Assembly (NCBI RefSeq): GCF_001194135.2
Contig: NC_068984.1
Span: 91,106,204-91,153,135 of the forward strand
Source of the DNA: Octopus bimaculoides
Lineage: Eukaryota
Length of the DNA: 46,932 bases
Reading direction: 5' to 3'
The notes below the pieces were generated by a model, which had not been told where the DNA came from, made no database searches, and saw only the letters and a list, made by a program, of their open reading frames with translations. Shown piece by piece: positions 1-11,000 of the stretch (the first letter of the stretch is position 1; each line of letters begins with the position of its first letter). A program made the position numbers and the translations under genes.

Positions 1-1135
1 TTACTGAGGCACGGTCTTGCACAGACACTGCATGTCAGTGTCATAGGAAGACCCTTGCCATCTGGAAGTGCAACAACAATGCCCTTCCTGACATCCCTCC
101 TTAATTTCTCATGTGCAATTCGTGATATCTCAAAAATAGTTGTCCCCTCATGCATAATCCTTCTCCACCTGCCACAGTCAGTAGCTATGCCTTCCCATGT
201 GTTAGGAGAGATGTTGGCATCTCTCAAGGAAACCTTCAGCAAGTCTTTATATCTCTTTTTTGGTTTATGTGGAGGTCGTTCTCCTTAAGCTAACTCTCCA
301 GAAAAGAGTTGTTTTGGCATCCTTGAATCTTTCATCTTGACCAGATGACCACTCCATCTGAGCCTTTGCTTCAATGCAAAAGCTTCTACGCTTTCACACC
401 GAGAGCTTTCCAATATCTCAAGATCACTGATGCGGTCCTCCCACTTAATGCGATAGATCCGTCTGAGACACATCTGATGGAAACGTTCCAGTTGTTTAAG
501 GTGGTATCGATATGTGACCCAGGTCTTGCAGGCCGAAAGAAGAGAAGAGAGTACACACGCCTTGTACACCTTTATCTTTGTCTTCCTGCATATGTCTTGC
601 CGACCCCAGAAACGTCTTTCTAGCCTTCCGAAAGCATCACTTGCTTTCCTAATACTATATGGAATTTCATTGTCCAAATTGTCACATCTATTAACAGTGC
701 TTCCCAGGTAGACAAACTGATCGACTACACCAAGTCTTCTACCATACACATAGATATTTGGTTCAATATACTGCTTACCAGGGGCAGGTTGGTACATGAC
801 AACAGTTTTCTTGAGATTGACTGTCATTCCTAAGGCAGTGCAAGCATCAGAGAATGCATTCAAAATGTGTTGCATATCAATCTCTGTGTGCACTACTAGA
901 TCACAATCATCTGCATACAAAAGGTCTCTTATGATAGAGGTAAATACTTTTGTTTTTGCAGCAAAGCGTCTGATATTAAATATGCTGCCAGAGGTTTGAT
1001 AATAGATGTAAACACCATATCTGCAGTTTCTGAATGCAATACAGAAAACCATCGCAAAATATATGGCGAATAGAGTCGGTGCCAGAATATCCCCTTGCTT
1101 CACTCCATTTTGTATTGAAATGGGCTCCGACATTT
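1..1135 (-). mobile_element. 5'-truncated RTE-clade LINE (RT domain and C-terminus), one premature stop
   Basis: ORF 285..1133 has RT motifs GVKQGDILAPTLF, LYADD, FVYLGS and RLRWSGH. After the TAA at 287-285 the same frame continues (GERPPHKPKKRYKDLLK...CSVCARPCLS) to the window edge, typical of an RTE C-terminus. Confidence 0.9.
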
Positions 1136-1146
1136 TATCTCTAATA

Positions 1147-1303
1147 TTAACCCTATTTTTGTTTTTGTTTCTATTTCACTTTTGTTTTTACCGCTTACTG
1201 TATATTTGTATGGTGGAAGATTTTAATTCAAAACTTACAAAAACAAGACAATTGTACTCAGAGCCAGAGCCAGTTTCAGCCAGATTGGTAGCGAAAGGGT
1301 TAA
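1147..1303. mobile_element. Short piggyBac-like non-autonomous element remnant
   Basis: TTAA (1147-1150), then CCCT...AGGG, then TTAA (1300-1303). TTAA flanks with CCC/GGG termini are the piggyBac signature. TIR match is very short. Confidence 0.4.
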
Positions 1304-2833
1304 AATTAAAACAGTAACAACATGCTGAAAACTATGAAATATTATTGCAATACAAAGATACTGTAAGAAAATTTGTATGCCAAAACGTAAAGGTCAATAA
1401 TCAATGCTACATATTCACACACATATACACAAAAAGATAAGAAAATTACATGACTAATTTATTTTTTAAAAAAATCACATGTAAGAGTAAAATGAAATTT
1501 TATTTGTTCATTATTTCAGGTAGAATCTTCATTGTTCGAGAGATGATTTTCTTTTATCTGTACTGATTAAATAGATGAGTGATAAAACAAAACAATGTGA
1601 CAGCATTCTGCAATGAATGCAGAGATTAAAGACAAATTAAGGATAAATTAAATTGAAATCCTAGATAAAACTTGGTCAGACAATTTTTGTAAGGACATCT
1701 GAATAATTTGTCAAGGCACTTGTACTCCGCCATTTAGAAACCTGGAAATTAAAAAATAAAAGTTAGATTTCTAGAAATGGAAGAGTAAAATTTAAAACAT
1801 TTGTGTTTTGTTTCACCACTTTCAATTTCATTTAGTGTTTTTTTCACAGGCTCTAGAAATTTATAAGTTTTCCAGCCTTAGAAAATTTACCATTAAAACC
1901 CATGTAATTTGCATAGATGATTTTCAGGATAAAAATTGTTAAAAAAAGCTTCTACTCGTGTATAATTAGCACCCAAAAGTTTTCACAATTGCCAATATGG
2001 CCAGAGGAAAAAGGTTTTCAATTTAGTTGTATTTAGCATACTTACTTATGATTGGATTTTATTAGATTTTCATTAAATAAAAATAATTTCTGTTTAATAG
2101 GTATCACATTAAGAGCTATTAAATTACAAAGTGTTATTTATAATAAACTAATTTACATTTCTTGCCCACAAGAGATTATGTCCGATCTTTAGCATACTAC
2201 TGTAAGTCTTCTCAAATCACAATCACAAGAAGTGTTGCTGATAAGAATTATCAACAAAAACAAAGCTAATAAATACATACAGGTGTTGTAGATTAAGTGT
2301 AATTATCAATAAACATCACTTGGATGACACTTTACTCAACCAAGTCAAATAAGTAAAATATTGCCTGGACCTTGATTACCAGCATGAATGTCAGATATTA
2401 AAAAGTAGTTAACCATTTAATGGTTTTAGTAAATTTACACAGAAAAGGTAAGCATAAATAAAAGTCAACTTCATTATACTTAAGCCTCTATTTTTTCTGT
2501 AAAAACTGATTCTGACATTAAATGAGTCAACTTCCAGTACAAATGTTTACGTTTTGTATGCCTATTTTCAAGAAAAAAATTTCTAAAAAAATTCTGGAAG
2601 CGATCTACTCATGTAATTTATGCATCCCTAAAGTTTATTTTAGTTTTCTGGGGAAAAAAATGCATAAATTACATGGGTTTTTATGGTATACTAATTGAAA
2701 AGATGTCTTTTTTTTTTCTGAGTTAGAAAGACAAACGAACGGCATGACAATTAGCAAAAGAGATCAATTCAAGTAACCCTTCAATCATAAAACATCTTCA
2801 TGAACGGGGAAAAGGTACTCAACTTGGTTAAAA

Positions 2834-2920
2834 TTAATGATTAGAAACTGAAACTACATATTCGATAGTAATAAGCAGATGTGCTTCAAGAGGAAACAGC
2901 TGGGATTTATCCTTAAATAC
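2834..2920 (-). CDS. ABHD13: Putative ABHD13 terminal exon 7
   Basis: Acceptor tgtgtgtag|GTA in phase 0 gives VFKDKSQLFPLEAHLLITIEYVVSVSNH then TAA. The pyrimidine tract is weak and homology support is limited. Confidence 0.5.
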   Translation of the reverse strand, partial: VFKDKSQLFPLEAHLLITIEYVVSVSNH

Positions 2921-5900
2921 CTACACACATAGACACATATATGTATAAACACATATGTGCATATATATATACATAAAAGATAAACAAGAGTGAAAAAACT
3001 ACAGAAGGCTTGTGTTACATTGTTAAAGTATATTTTTAAATCGTTATGTCAGAAAAATGTTATAAAATTTTGAGTATATAAACATTGTATTTGGAGAAAT
3101 AACCGGTTTCGTGTTTTCTTTACAAATTTCTTTACCTGTATCGTAACATGTCTTTGCTCCAGTGTATAAAAGCGAGTTCTAGATAGGAGAAGGTAATCAG
3201 GGATTTTTTCCGGTATAAGGGAGATAATCGAAATGTTGGAGCTGATAGATTTTGATTAATTTAACATGATTTGGTTTAGAAGGAATAGAATGTTAGGTTT
3301 TGTTCTATATTTTTTTCTCTCAGTAAGGTGAATTTCCTTATTTAAAAGTGTTAGCAATGGTTAAGTTTTGGCTTATATTTTTCAATGAAGAAGGTTTCCT
3401 TATTTAATCTAATTTGTGTTGGTGTTCCAATGGCACAGTGATAGAATGGAAAGATTATAAATTGTGGTAGCATTTGTTTTGCGCATTTCTCAATATGTTC
3501 ACTAAAGGGTATCATTCTGTATTCTGGGAATGCAATCTGCTGTTGNNNNNNNNNNNNNNNNNNNNNNNNNNNNNNNNNNNNNNNNNNNNNNNNNNNNNNN
3601 NNNNNNNNNNNNNNNNNNNNNNNNNNNNNNNNNNNNNNNNNNNNNNNNNNNNNNNNNNNNNNNNNNNNNNNNNNNNNNNNNNNNNNNNNNNNNNNNNNNN
3701 NNNNNNNNNNNNNNNNNNNNNNNNNNNNNNNNNNNNNNNNNNNNNNNNNNNNNNATAAGGTTTTCTGAGGCACAAGTCAGATTTGATTTTGAATTTTTGT
3801 CCCTCTTTGAAAAGGAATTCTGATCCTTCTAGAAGGTTTGGGCATGTTGCGCAATTTGGTTGACCATTTCGAGCGTGGCCGTTGCCAGTACCTCCTAACT
3901 GGCCTTCATGCCAGTGGCACGTAAAAGCACCCACTACACTCTCTGAGTGGTTGGCGTTAGGAAGGGCATCCAGCTGTAGAAACTCTGCCAAATCAGATTG
4001 GAGCCTGGTGTAGCCATCTGGTTCACCAGTTCTCAGTCAAATCGTCCAACCCATGCTAGCATGGAAAGCGGACGCTAGCATGGAAAGCGGACGCTAGCAT
4101 GGAAAGCGGACGTTAAACGATGATGATGATGACATGTGCATATATGGGTACAGGATGTCACCAACAGTAAACAACATGAAATACGAAAACAAATGAGTTC
4201 AATATGCAAACAACGAGAGAAAATAAAACGGTATGTTCTTGGATGGAATGTTTGATCAGAGATCTCTTCACTCAGAGCTTACCTGTGGTTACACAACAAC
4301 AATGCATCAAATCTATTAAAAGGAAGGAAATTGCTTACTTCTGCTATGAAATTTAAAATACATTCATAATAGCCAGGACACAGCCAGGTTTCATTGTGGG
4401 TTCCATTGTCAAACAGAGCCATCCTCTTCAAAGGTGAATTCACAGTAGACTGTATAATATTAAATAATGATATTTCATTAACTCAAGAATAATCAGTAAC
4501 TGAAAGATTTTTAAACAATTTATCATCATCTTTATGGAAGACAACAACAGTCACTGTTGTGTGGGGCTAAGATCTTAAAGACACAAGTTTGTAATCTGGT
4601 TTAATTCCTGCCTGGAACTGATTTCACTTAATTACTACTATTGGGGAAAGTGTAAGCGCCAAAAGAAACTATATGCCCCAATGGAATAAAGTTTCTGGTG
4701 GAGGTTGTGTGTTTGCACACACCCTCCCTTTTTTTCATTTCTTCGGGTTCTATGTCTTCAATATTGGAGATTAAAATTTTGCTAAAACAACATGATTTCA
4801 AAATTTTTATTTCCTTCTCTCCACCCATTCTTGCTTTCCAAAGGCACAAAACTCCCAAAGGTAGTTTTCTATGCTGAATTGCATCAGGGCAGGACGAACC
4901 ATGGTGGCCAGAGGGCATGATATAGGGATGTGCTAAAGAGACATATGAAGAACCCTGGCATCTCCCTAGGCACCTGGGAGGAGAAGGCCCTGCAGCACAA
5001 TGAATGACACTGATTGCTGAAGCACACAATTCCAGCCATTGAGGAGAATAGTAGAGATAATATGAAAGAGATGATTTCTGTAGAGAACAGTCAATGTTGA
5101 TCTACAACAGACAGCCAATGGTGACAATGTCACAGTGTTTATATGAAATTATGGGATGTCTCTGGTTAGTATTGCAAAAAATTTCATTTTCTAAGGAACA
5201 ATTTACTTTTACTATTTTACAATGGTAAACTGTATGTTAACCATGTGTGTGTGTGGGGGGGGGAATCTGTGTAAATTTTATGTAGAATTGTGCTGGGATG
5301 GAATATGGATAATGACTAAACTTGGAGTACTTTGTTGGGTTTAATCTAATGAATGAAAAACAAGACCAAATTTCTAGGTACATTTCTGTCGGTAATTATG
5401 TGTTTTTTCTCAGATGTACACACACACAGAGGTTTGTTGTGGCTCAACATGGTTCAATACAATTGTGACAACGTAAAATTTTAGTACAAATTATTTGCTA
5501 GTTCTATATAAACACAACATGAAAATAATTTGTGGCTTGGCATTAAATTGAAATAGTTGAGATTTAGGAAGAGAAAAGAAAAAATCATCAGAAAGCTCCA
5601 TTTGGAAGTGGATTAAAAGATCCTGATCTTAGATAAAATATTGGGTCATCCCATAAATAATGCGGTTTTTTATACTTCTTTTTATTTTTCAAAATTAGAT
5701 AAAGTTCATTTTTAATCTAAAATATACTCTCCTTCATTTTCTACAATGCCCTTCTATCTATCTGGTAGACTTGCAAGGACCCTCTTTCAAAATTCGTTAG
5801 TCTGTGATGAAATATTCTCTTCCACTATTGTTCTGACTTTGTCTACAGAATTCGAAGACTACAGAATAAATGATAATCAGATGGGGCAATGTCTGGTGAA

Positions 5901-7994
5901 TATGGTGGGTGGGGCATTGTTTTCCATTCAAACTGCTCCACCCTTTGAAATGTTATTCTCGCTGTATGTAGCTGAGCATTATCTTGAAACCAAAGATGGT
6001 CATTTTTCTTCTAGTGCTGACTTGAATGACCAAATCCAATTGGATTTAGTTGAATGATCAAATCCAAGCTTCTCTGCTAGTTCCTCAACAGTTATGATGG
6101 GATTTTATTCCACCAGGGTTTGCAGGACATCCTCGTTGAGCTCTACAGATCTTCCAGGACAAGGCTCATCTTCTAGGCTGTAGATCTGGCTCAGAGTTTC
6201 TGGAATCACAGTTGAGACTGGCTTATGCTTTATTGTCTGATCCCTATATACTGCATTAAGATTCCTCGCACTTTGCGTTGTGTTGTTGCCTTTATTGAAC
6301 TCATAAAGCAAAATATGCCAAATATGCTCCTTTGTCACTTCCATTATAGCTTTGAAAAAATAACTGTTAAAATCGAATTGCACTCTTGAAAACTTGCACT
6401 AAAAATAAGGACAAGGTAAAATTACTACCTGCTTATAAAGCAAGTTGATGCTGGTAGTTCATCCTATCCCCCTCTGACTTTTAGTTCATGCAACTGAAAA
6501 AAACTGCATTACTTATGGGATGACACAATAAATAAATAGAATCTCTCAAAATTTGAGGCTTTTACTAAAATTAAAATTAATTTTTTTTCAGAAATTGTAC
6601 AAAATAAATAAAGCCCCTCAAAGTTTGAAGATTATAGTGGGCTATTATATCGTTTATCTTTCATAAATCCTACAACAGAATTATAAAATGAAAATGATGC
6701 AAGGAAAAAATATTTTCCAGAGATTTAGCTGTTATTTCCAGCATATGAAGTTTTCTGATGAGGACTTGATATTTTTTTGTCTGTTGTTTCATGCAGAAAT
6801 CTATGCATGAGCAAATGAATATATCCAATACGTAAAATGTTTGGAGTTTTCTGCCTTTGGAAAACGGGAAGGGTTGGGGAGGGATGACATAGGATGTTTT
6901 GTAAGAAAATTTGAAATTTAAAAAAACAAATTTTTCCAGATTTGTAATCTCCATATTTTTCTATGTGTATTTAAAAAAGCAATTCAAAAGTGGTGAAAAA
7001 TGAAATAACAAATGGGGTGAGGAAGGAGGAAATGAAAATTCTGAAAACATGCCTTTTTGGCAAAATCATAATCTCTGATACTGAAAACAGAAATCTGAAG
7101 AGATTTTTGAAATAAAAAATGAAAATGGGGGTGGGGTCAGGGTGAAAACACCTGACCTCCAACAAATTCCCATTATAAGACAAAAAGAATGAAGTCAATA
7201 AATTAAAGAATTAGTAGAGTAGTGTTAGCTGAAAATTTAATAAGCCGAGTGCTAAGCAGATGTACATGACACATGATGACAAGGAGAGATTAAACTCTTT
7301 GAAATATTTTATCTTAATAAAAATTAATAAAATTCATAATCAGAAAATTTTTCTCTCAGAACTCATCTAGAAAATTTAGGCATTGCAACTTCCCATCTCC
7401 TAATAAATCTTGAATTTCTTGCCTATATAAAAAATGGCTGCATGGTAAGAAGTTTGCTTCCCAATTACATGGCTCTGGGTTCAGTCTTGTGAGTAGATTT
7501 GGTAGACGGAAACTGAAAGAAGCCCACTGTGTGTGTGTGTGTGTGTGTCTTTGTGCCTATGTTTGTCCTCCAACACCTCTTGGCAACTGGTGTTGGTTTG
7601 TTTATCTCAGCAAAAGAAGCTGATAGAATAAATACCAGGCTTAAAAAAAAAAACTGGGGTTGATTCACTCAACTAAAACTCTTCAAGGCTGTAGTCTAAT
7701 GACTGAAACAAGTAAAAGATTATTTTATCCTACCAAGTCTGTAATGCTAATGAATACTCTTTACTCTCTCTCTCTTTTACTCTTTTAATTGCTTCAGTCA
7801 TTTGACTGCGGCCATGCTGGAGCACCGCCTTTAGTCGAGCAAATCGACCCTAGGACTTATTCTTTGGAAGCCTAGTACTTATTCTATCGATCTCTTTTGC
7901 CAAACCGTTAAGTTACGGGGACGTAAACACACCAGCATCGGTTGTCAAGCGATGTTGGGGGGACAAACATAGACACACAAGCACCCACACACAC

Positions 7995-8028
<34 letters not shown>

Positions 8029-11000
8029 GACGGGCTTCTTTCAGTTTCCATTTACCAAATCCACTCACAAGGCTTTGGTCGGCCCGAGGCTATAGTAGAA
8101 GACACTTGCCCAAGGTGCCATGCAGTGGAACTGAACCCGGAACCATGTGGTTGGTAAGCAAGCTACTTACCACACAGCCACTCAGAATTTATCCTAATAT
8201 TACATCAATAATACTTTTAAACTGATGAAAAAGCTGTGAAATTAATCCAACCCAAGAACAACTGATCAAACGAAAGTTTTCAGTAGATTTCGGAATTGAG
8301 CAGGAAATAGACCAAATTAAAAATAAAGTATTCAATGGCTTTCCAAAGAAGCATGGTGTTTGTTTATCTCAAAAACCAACTAAACAATGGATTGCAAACA
8401 TTTCCAGCAAAAATCTTACCTCAAACAACATCTTCATCATTCGTGGCGGAATAAGATTATCAGTTAGTCCTGATAAATACATGACTGGAACCGTGATCTT
8501 TGGTACACGTTTTATGGAGGGAAACTGTGAATATAAGCAAAAAGACAGTAATATAAACTTTTACAAACTTATCTAATTACAAAAGTGGTGGTAGAGGAAG
8601 TCATATATTCTGTATATTGTCAAAATATTAACTGAAGCTACAGTCCAAATTGCTACAGAATAATTTTGAACTGGTACTCCACAATTTGTTCACAAAAAGA
8701 AAGGTAAATATTAGAATCCAAGGAAATTAGTCATGATCTGTATAGATGAAAGAAATATTTACATTGTTATGGAGTGTGAAATGTGAATTCTTTAATTAGA
8801 ACTGTTTACAATCAAAAACTAAAATCAATAATAACTTGCACATATTTTTCAATCATATATACATATATATTGAATTGAAAAGCTCTCTATTTAAAAAATT
8901 ACACTGGTTTGCAACAACTTTGTTTTTCTAAATGTTCAAGGCAGTTCAAAGTTAATTTTGGAGGGAAGAATATTTCAGTGATATTTAATGTATTTTACTG
9001 CTTGTGACTGCCGAGTGCAAGAATGATTACATCTGAGTAGTAAAAAATGCCAATTTTAAAATAAATTTTAATTAAAAAAATCTAATTTTCATAAATGTAA
9101 ACATAATGTAGTATTTAAATGTAGGTGAAAAGGGCTAGATCTCCCTATAAAATAGCTAAAATGACTATACTAGCTACTACACTACACTATAACTGTAATG
9201 TCCATTCTACTAACATACACATTTCATATGCACTATATTGCTAAAATATAGTGCATACCCTTTAGAGGGTAGTGTTGGAAGGTTACAAAACTTTGTTGGA
9301 AACAAAAGTATTCCTTGTTTTCACTGTCTTTCTGCAGAAAGCAGACTACTTGAGATGTATAAGTAGTATAATAGTGTACATCAGTGAATGCAAGGGAATG
9401 AGTTGAATATGATATGTTGATTGTTCAACATTTCACATAAGCACAAGCAAGTCATGACAGTTGTTGAACATTGCACTTGAGTCTGAGTGAGTTGAAACAA
9501 GTAGCTGGTCATCAAAAGTACTGGAAAATGTGTGCAAGAAAAATTAATTACACTGTTTTGCTGATGTAATATGAAAGGATGTTACATGTTGGAGGGAAAA
9601 GGTGTAATAAGCTAGAGATGGAAAATACTTATAATAGAGGTAGATCAAGGAAAACTTGAATAAAAACAGTAGGGTCAAGGTGAAAAGACATTGTATATTG
9701 AAGATTCTTTCAATCCATATCAAAAATGAAAGTAAAAAAAGTGATGCTTTGATCATAGTGTTGGTGATCTTTCAAACTAGTAAAGTAAAATATCGCAAAC
9801 TGTTAATATCAACTAACACAAAACAGATTATTTTTAATATAACAAAAACTTATTTCATGAACCAAAAAATTTTAATTTCATAACACTAAAGATGGTGAAT
9901 CTTTCAAAAAACAAAAAAAATTAAAAGTAATTTTAAATGAACTTTCAACATAACATGCATAGAATCAGGTATTTTAGAACAGGGATTTTCAACTTTCCAC
10001 ATTTTATATTCAATATTGTAAAATTTCTTTTATTAATGAAGTGTGTTTGTTATGAACAAAAAAGTGATTTGCATTAAGGAGGATTAATGGCAACAGCATA
10101 TATAAAAAAAAAAAACTTACTTGATTTTTAAAGCACCAATATGGTAAAAGCCCAATTATAGGTATGCCAATAACAACAGCTCCAATTTCTGGCAGTGATG
10201 TAAAAGTATTCTCTATAAATACTGAGTGTATATGTTGGCTGTAGTAAGGATGAGAAGCAAGATATATAGCTACGGCACCTCCAAGTGAACGTCCAAAAAC
10301 TACAATTTTATCTCGTGATATCTGTGAATGTCTTAAAAGAAAGTCCATAGCAACTTCAGCATCTTGATATAAACCTTCAAAAAAAAAAAAAAAAAAATTT
10401 TAAATGAACTTTCAACATATGCATGCATATGACTATACATATATACATTATCATCATCATTTAACATTCGATTTTCCATGCTTGCATGGGTTAGACAGAA
10501 TTTTTTAAAGTAGATTTTGAATAACAGGCTACCTACCTCAATGTCAATCCTTGCCTTTTCCAAGTAAGATTATATTATCCTATCACCAGGCATGTTTTCA
10601 CTGAAGACTGAAAATGAGGACCACCGCTTACATGGCAGTGACACTCATTTACAACTATCATGTGATGTCAAGTCAAGCAGACAGTAATACATACATCTAT
10701 ACACACACACAAGTGATTTGTGACATGTTGGCATTATTGTAATGTGTTGTATTATTTGGTGAAAGTGTCAGAAAAAGTACATTAGAAAATGACTTGCAGA
10801 ACTGAGCATGCAATGTTTTATAGGCCTCTTCTTCAGCCTAAGCTAACTGGAGAGAAATAAAGATAACAGTGTTTTACATCCTCAGTATTTGAGAGACTGG
10901 CAGCAACTGATAGTGAACACAAGATGTGAGCTTGCATAGTAGGAGAGGGAAGCTGGATAAGAGAAGGAGAAACAGAGAGGTGGAAAAAGGAAGTGTATGA

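Noticed and set aside
3085-3160. Hammerhead ribozyme at a Penelope 3' end (GAAACCGGT on the minus strand)
   Set aside because: No CUGANGA box or consistent stem II upstream.
3512-3991. 159-aa ORF as a novel protein
   Set aside because: Chimera of an antisense RTE 3' UTR, a Penelope linker and an N run.
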